NCBI GenBank assembly: GCA_963768305.1
Contig: CAVYHE010000013.1
Location: 23,353-87,352 of the forward strand
Source: an uncultured bacterium
GTDB taxonomy: Bacteria > Margulisbacteria > WOR-1 > CAVSGV01
Length of the DNA stretch: 64,000 nucleotides
Direction: 5' to 3'
Each line of letters opens with the position of its first letter. The stretch's first letter is position 1. The notes below the pieces were generated by a model. It had not been told where the DNA came from. It was given only the letters and a program-made list of their open reading frames with translations, and did not search any database. Both the position numbers and the translations under genes were made by a program. Positions 19,576 to 28,823 of the stretch are shown piece after piece.

Positions 19576-20493
19576 TTATTTAAATATCCCTCCCCACATC
19601 AGACAAAAAATGAAATTCAGGATGACGGTCGTGAAGACCAATCGCGCGACGGCTTTTTTCTTAAAGGTATGCAGGAACATCGCGAGTAATTTCAGGTCGA
19701 ACACCGGTCCCAGCGTCGTGAACCCCAGCTGGGCCATTTTCGGGAAAAATGAGAATGAGGCGGCCACGAAGGCATCGGCTTCCGAACAGATCGAGAACAG
19801 AACGGCCAGTACGAGCATGATGATCAGCGCGAGCAGGGCGTTGTAACGGAACGCGGACAGAAAATTCTGTGGCAGGAAAGTCTTAAAAAAGGCCGATGCG
19901 CAGGCCCCGAGGATCAAATAACTGGCCATACTATAAAAATCTGAACTGGTGTGCCCCATGACCCGCTGCCAGGCCGGCCTGCTGTCGCGGCCCGTCCGGT
20001 ATTGATCGCAATCGCAGTCATCATCGTGGCTGGCATGACGTTCTTTTATCAGGAGAGCGTCTGTTTTCTGTCGGGAGAATTGAAGCGATGTAATTATAGC
20101 CACCACGCTTATGATGACCAGGCGGCCGATGACCATCGAGAGATCTCCGCGGAAGGCGATAAAGGTCGCGAATATGGAGACAGGATTCACGACCGGAGCC
20201 GCCATCATATACGTAAGAGCGATATGGGTGGGGACTTTTTTCTGTAAAAGTTTTTTGGTGACCGGCACGACGCCGCATTCGCATGTCGGGAATATGAACC
20301 CGAGGATCAATGCGTACAAAAACCCCAGGCTTATTTTTTTCGGCGTATATTTAGCCAAAAATGATTCGGAAACAAAGACTTCCACGACGGCCGCCAGTAA
20401 AGCCCCCAAAAGCAGGAAGGGAAAGGCTTCGAGGAAGATCGAAATTGTGAGCAACGAAAATAATTGCAACTTCATCCAAAGAAAAATAAGCAA
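19576..20493 (-). CDS. DUF318 permease (YcgR-like)
   Basis: EAFPFLLLG, PTCECG.VP, AP..NP, SICSEADAF, GP.FD.K. Confidence 0.9.
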   Translation of the reverse strand: MLIFLWMKLQLFSLLTISIFLEAFPFLLLGALLAAVVEVFVSESFLAKYTPKKISLGFLYALILGFIFPTCECGVVPVTKKLLQKKVPTHIALTYMMAAPVVNPVSIFATFIAFRGDLSMVIGRLVIISVVAIITSLQFSRQKTDALLIKERHASHDDDCDCDQYRTGRDSRPAWQRVMGHTSSDFYSMASYLILGACASAFFKTFLPQNFLSAFRYNALLALIIMLVLAVLFSICSEADAFVAASFSFFPKMAQLGFTTLGPVFDLKLLAMFLHTFKKKAVARLVFTTVILNFIFCLMWGGIFK

Positions 20494-20558
20494 ATGAACC
20501 CTCCGATTATATTTATATATAGCATAGCACGAAAGTCAGGAGTTAAAATTAAATAATT

Positions 20559-20593
20559 ATGAGTTAAGAGTTATAAGTTGAGAGTTATGAATT
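20559..20593. repeat. Degenerate heptamer tandem repeat
   Basis: ATGAGTT AAGAGTT ATAAGTT GAGAGTT ATGAATT, overlapping the stop of 20571-21224. Confidence 0.65.
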
Positions 20594-21224
20594 TAACAGG
20601 CTTACTCCAATCGCTGGATCCATATTTATTCAGCGCTTTGACTTTTATGTAATATGTTTGGTCACTTTTAAGCCCGCGTGAAACAGGGATATTCCATGTC
20701 AATTTATAAGGCTTATTGGCCAAGCGAGGGATGCCTCCATTATCAGCTTTTTCATCATTACCGATGCTGACCAGGTAACTGATACCTTTATATTTCGCGT
20801 TATCCCAGGTGACAGAAGCCGACTTGGATGTGATATTAGTTATCACAATCCCTTTGGGCGGCTCCGGCATAGCTTCGGACGGCTCGGTAGTGATATTCAG
20901 CGTGAGCATTGCTGTTTTGCCGCCTTTTGTGGCGAAAACCTGAACTGTTCCAGCCTGTTTGCAATAGAATTCCCCTTTATCGTTTATATGGACAAGCGCA
21001 TTGCTGGTAGACCAAGTGCACGGATCGTCTTTTGAGGAATATTCCTTAAAACCAGCCTTATTGTAGGCACCCATTGCTTCCAATGTGATATTAGTACCGA
21101 CTAAAGCATTTATTTTATCTACGCTTTTGCCGAAAAGTGAAATACCGATATATTTTAAATTCTCACAATACGCCGGGGAGATAAGGAAAAGCGCCAAAAA
21201 ATAAAATGAAAAGATCTTTTTCAT
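20571..21224 (-). CDS. Secreted protein with Ig-like and fibronectin type III domains
   Basis: Signal peptide; TWSTSN...GTVQV.AT (Big_2-like); P.PP.GI..T.ITS.SA.VTW...GLK....Y.IKVKA.N.YG.SDWS. Confidence 0.8.
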   Translation of the reverse strand: MKKIFSFYFLALFLISPAYCENLKYIGISLFGKSVDKINALVGTNITLEAMGAYNKAGFKEYSSKDDPCTWSTSNALVHINDKGEFYCKQAGTVQVFATKGGKTAMLTLNITTEPSEAMPEPPKGIVITNITSKSASVTWDNAKYKGISYLVSIGNDEKADNGGIPRLANKPYKLTWNIPVSRGLKSDQTYYIKVKALNKYGSSDWSKPVKFITLNL

Positions 21225-21421
21225 TCGGACACCCCCTTTGATAAATTACTTTTGACCATGGGATTATATTCTTGCTCCACGGGGGTGTCAATCTATGCAA
21301 CAAGTGTCGAAAGATCCTGCGACAGTTCCGTAGCGAAAAATCGATCTTACGAGTGAAACCTGACGGCAAGAAAATTGCTATCCCTGATGTGATCGGATTT
21401 CATTATGAAGGAGGTGTGAAA

Positions 21422-22057
21422 ATGAGAAACATAATTTTGTTAGCGATTATTGCGATGACATTATTCATCTGCGGATGCGGGCAGGCACCGCAATCAGGTA
21501 ATGTTTCTGATAAAAATTATTCGATGAAAGTAGATAATCCGCAGGTCAGAACATTCAATGCTCAGCTTGGTGCGATAAGCAGTGAAGCAAGCGCCGAGCA
21601 AACCGTCAATTCTTTTGTCGGATATGTGAGTTCAAAACTTAACAAGTCGGTATCCGGAATTTCAACTGTATCTCCTACAACTCTGGTATCGCCTGAAGTT
21701 GTTAAAAGCATGGCTCAGCAGGAGGCCTTGAAAAGGAATATTACCGTTATAGTCGATGCCAATGTCAGGAAGCAGCCGCCTATCGATATAGGCATGATAA
21801 CGGACAATATCAACCAGCTGGCGACATTGGAAGGAATAAAAGTTAACGATGAAATAGTTGAAAAGGCAAGAATTGCAGTGGAGGAGTCCATGCCGAAAAT
21901 TAATCCGGATAATAGCTTGGGCATGACCCCGCTGGAGGCATCGGTTATCGGCTATGCGATAGTTTCCGGCGATGACGGGACGGCAAGCATGGAGTCGGTA
22001 AAGATCCCGGCCAAGCAGATCAACACTTTTGTAACAAGAATTACAAGATGGAGGTGA
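21422..22057 (+). CDS. Hypothetical lipoprotein
   Basis: AAGGAGGTG SD; MRNIILLAIIAMTLFICGC lipobox. Confidence 0.75.
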   Translation: MRNIILLAIIAMTLFICGCGQAPQSGNVSDKNYSMKVDNPQVRTFNAQLGAISSEASAEQTVNSFVGYVSSKLNKSVSGISTVSPTTLVSPEVVKSMAQQEALKRNITVIVDANVRKQPPIDIGMITDNINQLATLEGIKVNDEIVEKARIAVEESMPKINPDNSLGMTPLEASVIGYAIVSGDDGTASMESVKIPAKQINTFVTRITRWR

Positions 22058-22062
22058 ATAAA

Positions 22063-23058
22063 ATGGCAAAGAAAATGAATATTGTCTTACTTTTTATCAT
22101 GACATTGCTTCTTTTGTCTCCCAGTGCTTCATTCGCGGGGGGCGGGGGAGGCGGGATATGCATCATCGGCGGGGGAGGGGACGACGGCGGAGGAAGTTCC
22201 GGACCGCAATATTATTCATATGAAGACCTGAGAAATGCGTTAAAACAGCAGACTTTCGTGTTTTCAAATGTTAATAAACCGCGGGAAGCACTGGTGGCCC
22301 TGGGATATTACCCGTATTACTGCGCGACATGCGGTTCGACGAAAAAATTAACTACATTGGCCAATAATAATCCGGGCAGAATGGGCGTGAATAATTTAAC
22401 CATCTGTGCTAACTGGAACGACAACATAGAAACTACATTTGATTGGAACAAATTTAATGCAACTAATGGGACCGACCCATGCACGCTTGTTTTTCTCCGC
22501 GGGAACGGGTCGGGGTCCGATATCGTGAAGATATTCTCTGAATGGACGCATGTGGCTATTGTGGATGATCCGAATGGTTATAAAATATTTGAAGCTTTAC
22601 CAGATGGGGGCTCAAGGGTAAACTATGCGCCGGATACATGGAAACATATTACTTATTATTCCTGCAAAAAAATAAAAACCGCGAATAATCCATTAAAACC
22701 CGTAACACTCGATCAGATAAAAACTGCGCTTAAAGCAGCTGAGGTCAAATATGACGGCACTCCATATTTTCCCCAGGTCCAGACCATTTTTGATCTGCTG
22801 GGGAATTTTGTTTTAAGGTGGTGCGATAAAAACGATCAAAGCTCCATGTATTGCTCAAAATTGGTTTACAATACTTTCAAGGGGCTTGTTGATTTTGATA
22901 CGAAACTTACGGGTGTAGACAGCAATATAATCGGGGACAGCAGCCGGCCGATAGGATCGACGTACTTCGCCTGGTTCGGGATATCACCCGGCGATATTTA
23001 CTATTCGCCGTCGCTTGATTACGATTTCTGTTATTCTTTGAACATGCTGGATCTATGA
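22063..23058 (+). CDS. Secreted permuted papain-like NlpC/P60 enzyme (YiiX/YaeF family)
   Basis: Signal peptide, Gly-rich linker, WTHVAI, FEALP, GTPY, MYCSKLVY and ISPGDI, with His before Cys. Confidence 0.75.
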   Translation: MAKKMNIVLLFIMTLLLLSPSASFAGGGGGGICIIGGGGDDGGGSSGPQYYSYEDLRNALKQQTFVFSNVNKPREALVALGYYPYYCATCGSTKKLTTLANNNPGRMGVNNLTICANWNDNIETTFDWNKFNATNGTDPCTLVFLRGNGSGSDIVKIFSEWTHVAIVDDPNGYKIFEALPDGGSRVNYAPDTWKHITYYSCKKIKTANNPLKPVTLDQIKTALKAAEVKYDGTPYFPQVQTIFDLLGNFVLRWCDKNDQSSMYCSKLVYNTFKGLVDFDTKLTGVDSNIIGDSSRPIGSTYFAWFGISPGDIYYSPSLDYDFCYSLNMLDL

Positions 23059-24191
23059 GCGTTAAAAAAGCCCTATTTTTCATTGGTGTTGCTTGCTTCA
23101 TATGGCGGGGTTCTCCGGCGCTGCCGGAGGACTTCGCTTATGTGTTGAGGTTCCAGCCTCCCAAGCCGGACTGCCTTGTCAGATTTGACGTTAACAAAGA
23201 CATGATACTTAAAGAGATAGAACTTCCCGGCGACAAAGATTTCAATAATTTTGTTGTTGATGAAAAAGGGGGGTGCTTCATATCGAACTATCGGGGAGTG
23301 GAGCTTTATGGCCGCGATATTTATTATTATGATCCGGAAAAGAATAAGATCGAGAAATTCATCGATCTGGGCGACAAATTCGGCCCGCACCAATTATTCC
23401 TGACCGACAAGGAATTGATCGCCGAGATCGAAGGGAACGATAAAACAAAGGGAAAAAGCGGAGTGATCTTTATTGACAGGAAGTCCAAAACGATCACGGG
23501 CTCGGTCTTTCTTCGGGAAGATGATCCGCATTATTCTCAGGCCAATATTACCGACATTTTCTTTGACGGAAGCAAATATCTTTTCCTGGCGACTTATTAT
23601 TTGTTCAAAGAAAATGACCTGAAAGAATTTACAAGGACTGAATTTACTGGCGATATTTATGTCGTCGATATTGATAAGAAGCAGATCGTCAAAACGATCA
23701 ATATCGACAGCCAGTATAAAATGATCTGGGGCGTATGCAATGTCGGGGATAAGGTCTATGTTTCCGCCGGCGAATTCGGGAATATCGAGGATAGCCATTG
23801 CGAGCTGCCAACCACCAACTATTTGTTGGTATATTCTCTTTCTTCAGGAGAACTTCGCAGGGTTGTTAATGTCGATCCACGTCCTTTTATCCTGAAATAT
23901 GACAGGTCAGTTGATAAGATCTTTGTCACGCACCGGGATGATCGGATGCCGCATGACACTGTCGAAGTGGTCGATCCTAAAACTGATGATGTCGTTGACA
24001 GGATCAATATTCCTTCCCGTCTGATGTTCTCCGTGGTCGCGCCAGGCAAAATATACGTTTCCGTCGGAAAGAATTTCCTCCAGGAACATTACGCATCGCC
24101 CAAGCTTTTAGTTTTGGACACAAAGACGGACAAAATAATCAAGGAATTCAAGGGCATTTATACGGGCATATCGCTTAACTCGAAATATTAA
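23055..24191 (+). CDS. Exported YncE-like beta-propeller protein
   Basis: Repeated V.D.K..KI.K.I blades, KVYVS/KIFVT/KIYVS. Confidence 0.7.
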   Translation: MSVKKALFFIGVACFIWRGSPALPEDFAYVLRFQPPKPDCLVRFDVNKDMILKEIELPGDKDFNNFVVDEKGGCFISNYRGVELYGRDIYYYDPEKNKIEKFIDLGDKFGPHQLFLTDKELIAEIEGNDKTKGKSGVIFIDRKSKTITGSVFLREDDPHYSQANITDIFFDGSKYLFLATYYLFKENDLKEFTRTEFTGDIYVVDIDKKQIVKTINIDSQYKMIWGVCNVGDKVYVSAGEFGNIEDSHCELPTTNYLLVYSLSSGELRRVVNVDPRPFILKYDRSVDKIFVTHRDDRMPHDTVEVVDPKTDDVVDRINIPSRLMFSVVAPGKIYVSVGKNFLQEHYASPKLLVLDTKTDKIIKEFKGIYTGISLNSKY

Positions 24192-24192
24192 A

Positions 24193-25554
24193 ATGTTTTT
24201 ACTGTTATTTTTCCTCGGTTTGGCCATTTCCCTTGCGTCCATGCCAAACCCATTGACCAACATTCCCTTGGGGATCTTTGTGGGTTTTATCCCATTATTC
24301 ATTCTCAACCAAAGAACCACCGGATGGCGGCGCTTCTTAATTAATCTCGCGTTTTCCGAACTGTTCGCTATAGTCCTGCTCATCCCGTTGGATGCGACGA
24401 ACCTGGTCTTTGTTTTTCAGGACACCCTTTTCCTTGTCTTGCTATTTTTGTTTGTTGGCTTTGTACATGCTTTGATGATAACTTTCTCGGCAATTTTATC
24501 TGATAAATATGGATGGAACTTGAGCCCGCTCATATTCGGAGTTGCCTGGACGATAATGCAGTTCCTAATGCCGATGATCTCATTTGTCCTGACATTTCCG
24601 CTGGAGACTGCATTGTCACCTTTACCTATCATGATCCAATCAGCCAGGTTTTTCGGTCCATATTTCATTGTATTTTTGATAATTTTCACGAATGCGCTTA
24701 TTGCAAACACGATCCTCAAAAAAGATAAACGTATTTGGACGATCTCTATCATATCTTTATTACTTGTCCATTCGATCAATCTTGGGTATGGTTATTTGTC
24801 TATCAATTCCACTGAGCAGCCCGGAGCGCCAGTAAAGATCGTTATTATCCAGACAGATATCACATCAAAAGATTACGCTTTAAAGGAACACAGCAAACTG
24901 TTTGAAAAGTTTATTGATAATAAGCTGGTCGATCTAACAAAAGACGCGCTTGAACAGAAACCTGGTCTCATCATCTGGCCGGAGCTTTCCAAGGACTATG
25001 TCCTGCAAAACGATCAATATCTTGGATATCTCCACAGGACCATTACGTCAAAAGGGCCGGAGCTTCTTATCGGAACATCTTATATCGATTACTGTGATAA
25101 AAGGAAAAAATTCAATATCGCCTTTATATTAAAAACCGACGGCGGCACAACAGAACCGTATCGGAAAACCAGGATATTTCCATTCTCCGAAACCCTATGG
25201 CTTTCGCGAGGTAGGGAATATATAACCTTGCCCAGCCTGACCCCGTTAAAAAATATCGGCTGCATGATATGCCTGGAATCAATTTACCCGCAGGTTTCCC
25301 GCGGCCTTGCAGGGTCCGGCGCAAAAGCCCTTGTTTGCATATCTACAGACGCGGCTTTCGGCAATTCAATGATCCCATATATTCATTCGCAATCGATGGT
25401 CTTCAGAGCGGTAGAAAATAATATGTACGGCATTCATGCCGGGAACACGGGCCCGTCCATTATCTGCGACAACAAAGGCAGGATCACTACACGGATATCT
25501 TACGGAAAGACAGCTTTTGCGATCGCGGACATTTATCCTAAAATGAATCATTGA
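24193..25554 (+). CDS. lnt: Apolipoprotein N-acyltransferase
   Basis: Multi-TM N-terminus; nitrilase triad WPE, YRK...PFSE, ICLES; RAVEN, NTGPS. Confidence 0.85.
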   Translation: MFLLLFFLGLAISLASMPNPLTNIPLGIFVGFIPLFILNQRTTGWRRFLINLAFSELFAIVLLIPLDATNLVFVFQDTLFLVLLFLFVGFVHALMITFSAILSDKYGWNLSPLIFGVAWTIMQFLMPMISFVLTFPLETALSPLPIMIQSARFFGPYFIVFLIIFTNALIANTILKKDKRIWTISIISLLLVHSINLGYGYLSINSTEQPGAPVKIVIIQTDITSKDYALKEHSKLFEKFIDNKLVDLTKDALEQKPGLIIWPELSKDYVLQNDQYLGYLHRTITSKGPELLIGTSYIDYCDKRKKFNIAFILKTDGGTTEPYRKTRIFPFSETLWLSRGREYITLPSLTPLKNIGCMICLESIYPQVSRGLAGSGAKALVCISTDAAFGNSMIPYIHSQSMVFRAVENNMYGIHAGNTGPSIICDNKGRITTRISYGKTAFAIADIYPKMNH

Positions 25555-25599
25555 TCTCGCCCGCCTGAACAGCAAGACCAAAATCTTCTTCAAAATAGC

Positions 25600-25626
25600 G
25601 AAATTTCCGCCCGTTTTTAACGATAT
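25600..25626 (+). promoter_or_regulatory. Conserved cassette-head element 3 (sigma28-like promoter)
   Basis: GAAA-N15-AACGATAT, followed by AGGAGG SD. Confidence 0.7.
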
Positions 25627-25649
25627 ATATATATAGGAGGAATTATCAA

Positions 25650-26435
25650 ATGGGATTGTCACTTGAGCTTAGATTGACACAACACCTGGGAATGACTGTG
25701 TTGAGTCAGAGGCAAATACTCAAATTACAGCAATTGATGACCATAAGACCACCGAAGCACCCAAAATTTTCTGATGCGGCGAAAGGAATGGATGGCATAA
25801 GGGCGGCGCACAAAATACTTATTGAACGGAACGCTTTCGGCGTCCTTACCGGCGGAATAGCGGAAAGCCTGTGGAAAAGGAACTGCACGCCGGAAAAACT
25901 GGCCAAACATAACGATGTTGACGTAATTGTGCTGAATGAAGATTTTAAGCTTAAGCAAGCTTTTGAGGGCGGGATCGACTGGTGGCTGCCTCATCGTGTG
26001 TTTACGGACATCCCTTACCCATCTGGCGGGGTAACAAAAGATCACAGGCTGGAATGGTGGACGAACGGTTATGGTACCGTGTTGCATTATGGTGTTTCTT
26101 GCGTGGATAAGAGAGAGCCTGGTTTATATTTAATGGATCCCGAATGGCTGCTTACAATGAGGCGTACGGAAGCGGAAGCGATCGCTAAAATAAACCATCC
26201 AAAGGTTTCATTTGACATTGAGGTGATTGAAAGTTTTGAAGCCAGGAAGAGAAAAACTTTTGTAGATTGCCCCCCCAATTTTTTTATTGAAGAATTTGCT
26301 CAATATATAAAGCATCCAGTAAATGGATTGCTTAATTCCAGGAGGCTAGTTCTTTATACGGATCCAATAGAACCGCCGATGATGCGCTTGATCAAAAAAA
26401 TGTCTGGAGGCCATAAAGGATCCGAAAGAACTTAA
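25650..26435 (+). CDS. Orphan protein: RpoN region-I-like N-terminus plus nucleotidyltransferase-like motif
   Basis: MGLSLELRLTQHLGMTVLSQRQILKLQQL; VLTGGIA...HNDVDVIV. Confidence 0.6.
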   Translation: MGLSLELRLTQHLGMTVLSQRQILKLQQLMTIRPPKHPKFSDAAKGMDGIRAAHKILIERNAFGVLTGGIAESLWKRNCTPEKLAKHNDVDVIVLNEDFKLKQAFEGGIDWWLPHRVFTDIPYPSGGVTKDHRLEWWTNGYGTVLHYGVSCVDKREPGLYLMDPEWLLTMRRTEAEAIAKINHPKVSFDIEVIESFEARKRKTFVDCPPNFFIEEFAQYIKHPVNGLLNSRRLVLYTDPIEPPMMRLIKKMSGGHKGSERT

Positions 26436-26553
26436 TAGAAGCTTTTTAAGATAAGTATTGATCATTTCCCCGTATATCATTTATGCCCATTGCAACACTC
26501 CCGTGTTCGTTGATTTCATCCCCCTTTTCAGCTAATATTGACTGGATCAGTTA

Positions 26554-28107
26554 ATGAAAAAGCAAAAGAAAAAAGTTGTCGTGCTCGGAGGCGGCCCTAA
26601 CAGGATAGGACAGGGAATTGAATTCGATTACTGCTGCGTCCACGCTTCATACGCAATCCGCGAAGAAGGTTGCATCTCCATAATGGTGAATTCCAACCCG
26701 GAAACCGTTTCTACCGATTACGATACCTCCGACCGGTTATATTTTGAGCCCCTTACCCGCGAGGACGTACTTGCCATCATCGACAAGGAAAAGCCGATCG
26801 GCGTCATAGTCCAGTTCGGCGGCCAGACTCCGCTGAACCTTGCGCTTCCCTTGATGAGAGCCGGCGTAAAAATACTTGGCACATCTCCCGAATCCATCGA
26901 CCGCGCCGAGGACAGGAAACTTTTCAAGGAGCTTATCGAGAAACTCGACCTCGTCCAGCCGGAATCGGGAACAGCCGTCACTATCGAAGAAGCGCATAAG
27001 GCAGCAAGGGAGATTGGATATCCCGTTCTTGTTCGCCCGTCATATGTCCTTGGCGGCCGCGCGATGAAGATCGTATATGACGACAGTGACATGGATGAAT
27101 ACATGGCGGCGGCAGTGTGGGCTTCACCCGAAAGGCCAGTGCTTATCGACAAATTCCTGGAAGACGCCATCGAAGTGGATGTGGACGCCATATCCGACGG
27201 AAAAAAGACAGTCGTTTGCGGGGTGATGGAGCACATCGAAGAAGCGGGGATACACTCAGGCGATTCCGCGTGCTCACTGCCGACATTCTCACTCTCTGAA
27301 AATATCGTTAACAAGATAAGGAGCATCACTCACGCGCTCTCAAAAGAGCTTAACGTCATCGGGCTGATGAATATCCAGTTCGCGGTAAAGAACGATATCG
27401 TTTATATCCTTGAAGTTAACCCGCGCGCTTCCAGGACTGTGCCTTTTGTTTCGAAAGCGACCGGAATTCCCTGGGCGAAAATGGCAACAAAAGTCATGCT
27501 TGGCAGGACACTTGATCAGCTCGGCATTAAAAATGAATTCGTTCCGAAACACATTTCCGTTAAAGAAGCAGTGTTTCCGTTCGTCCGGTTCCCCGGGGTC
27601 GATCCGGTCCTCGGGCCGGAGATGAAATCCACCGGCGAGGTAATGGGAATAGACGATAACTTCGGCTCGGCTTTCATGAAAAGCCAGATCGCCGCGGGGC
27701 AGAACCTTCCGCTTAAGGGCAAGGTTTTCATATCGGTCAAGGATAAGGACAAAAGATCAGTAATGTTCATCGCAAAAAAACTTTCTGACCTTGGCTTCTC
27801 GCTGATCGCAACCCACGGAACCGCGGAAGTCCTTAAGAATAACGGGCTTGACGTGAAGCCGGTCCATAAGATCGGAACGGGAAAGCCGGATGTGGCGGAC
27901 CTTATCAAGAAAGGCGAGATCCAGTTGATAATCAATACTCCGTCAGGAAAAGTCGCGAAGCAGGATGAGATCGGCATAAGGGCAGGGGCGTATTTACATA
28001 ATATTCCGCTCATCACCACGATATCGGGAGCGCAGGCGGCGGTCAACGGAATAGACGCCGCGAAAAAGAAAGGCTTCGGAGTTAAGGCGCTTCAAGACTA
28101 CTACTGA
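26554..28107 (+). CDS. carB: Carbamoyl-phosphate synthase large chain, C-terminal half only
   Basis: Starts at [50 protein letters not shown] domain. Confidence 0.93.
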   Translation: MKKQKKKVVVLGGGPNRIGQGIEFDYCCVHASYAIREEGCISIMVNSNPETVSTDYDTSDRLYFEPLTREDVLAIIDKEKPIGVIVQFGGQTPLNLALPLMRAGVKILGTSPESIDRAEDRKLFKELIEKLDLVQPESGTAVTIEEAHKAAREIGYPVLVRPSYVLGGRAMKIVYDDSDMDEYMAAAVWASPERPVLIDKFLEDAIEVDVDAISDGKKTVVCGVMEHIEEAGIHSGDSACSLPTFSLSENIVNKIRSITHALSKELNVIGLMNIQFAVKNDIVYILEVNPRASRTVPFVSKATGIPWAKMATKVMLGRTLDQLGIKNEFVPKHISVKEAVFPFVRFPGVDPVLGPEMKSTGEVMGIDDNFGSAFMKSQIAAGQNLPLKGKVFISVKDKDKRSVMFIAKKLSDLGFSLIATHGTAEVLKNNGLDVKPVHKIGTGKPDVADLIKKGEIQLIINTPSGKVAKQDEIGIRAGAYLHNIPLITTISGAQAAVNGIDAAKKKGFGVKALQDYY

Positions 28108-28169
28108 GTTCTAAGCTCCGTGTTTTAAGTTCTCCCCCATTTTTCGAGGCAAAAATATCATCAAAAAGT

Positions 28170-28196
28170 GAAATTTTCCTGAAAATATGACGATAA
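28170..28196 (+). promoter_or_regulatory. Conserved cassette-head element 4 (sigma28-like promoter)
   Basis: GAAA-N15-GACGATAA. Confidence 0.7.
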
Positions 28197-28242
28197 TAAA
28201 ATGATCGAGTTTTGACTGGAATATTAAAGGGAGGATATAAAA

Positions 28243-28683
28243 ATGATACCTAAAATTGGAACGAGCGGAAAATTTATCGGCTTAAAAATAAAGGGGGCGA
28301 ACTATAAAATTTCCAGATCGTTCATAACCTCACTGCTAAACCATGTTTTACCAAGCCGATTCGTTAAAGGATTCTATAACACGGATACGCATTATGCGAG
28401 CACCAACAATTTCTCTGAAATAACGCAGAGCATATCTAAAAATCATTATTTGGAGTCAAAAAAACAACCTCTTAATGTAGTATGGACAATGCTGGAGAAT
28501 GCAAAAATAAAAGCTTCAAAAAATGAACGCGAGTTCTTTGATAAAGTTATTTTTCCAATGATGCCCAAAACGTTTAGTGCCGAAAAGTGGGTGGGCGGAA
28601 CGGATCATATGCCAATAAATATCGAAGATCTGTTATTGCCTCATTTAGTCAAAATAAAAGAAATGTTGAGATCGTTAAAGTAA
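28243..28683 (+). CDS. AT-rich orphan hypothetical protein
   Basis: 146 aa ORF with GGGAGG SD downstream of the conserved element. Confidence 0.7.
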   Translation: MIPKIGTSGKFIGLKIKGANYKISRSFITSLLNHVLPSRFVKGFYNTDTHYASTNNFSEITQSISKNHYLESKKQPLNVVWTMLENAKIKASKNEREFFDKVIFPMMPKTFSAEKWVGGTDHMPINIEDLLLPHLVKIKEMLRSLK

Positions 28684-28689
28684 TACTTT

Positions 28690-28758
28690 TTAAGAGTATT
28701 TCCTCGGGTCGGTTATCTTTCCGTTCAGAACAGAAGCGGCCACGGTCGCGGGCGAGCC
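28690..28758 (-). repeat. 69-bp duplicate of the leuC 3' end (30149-30217)
   Basis: 67/69 nt identical; both copies encode GSPATVAASVLNGKITDPRKYS*; both mismatches synonymous. Confidence 0.95.
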
Positions 28759-28779
28759 AAAAATATCTTCAAAATATGT

Positions 28780-28806
28780 GAAATTTCAGTTCAATTATTT
28801 CGATAA
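28780..28806 (+). promoter_or_regulatory. Conserved cassette-head element 5 (sigma28-like promoter)
   Basis: GAAA-N15-TTCGATAA. Confidence 0.7.
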
Positions 28807-28823
28807 TTCATCGGTGTATCTAT

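Noticed and set aside
21225..21421. Possible riboswitch in the divergent intergenic region
   Set aside because: Only a weak TGTCG...CGACA stem; no recognisable aptamer consensus.
22138..22200. G-rich tract as a G-quadruplex or phase-variable run
   Set aside because: Explained by an in-frame poly-Gly linker; the G runs are short.
25555..25580. Possible host-gene remnant before cassette 25650
   Set aside because: No matching gene end was found in the window.
28111..28150. Possible third, older leuC end (minus strand PRKMGENLKHGA*) before cassette 28243
   Set aside because: Only PRK matches the leuC terminus; too short to distinguish from chance.
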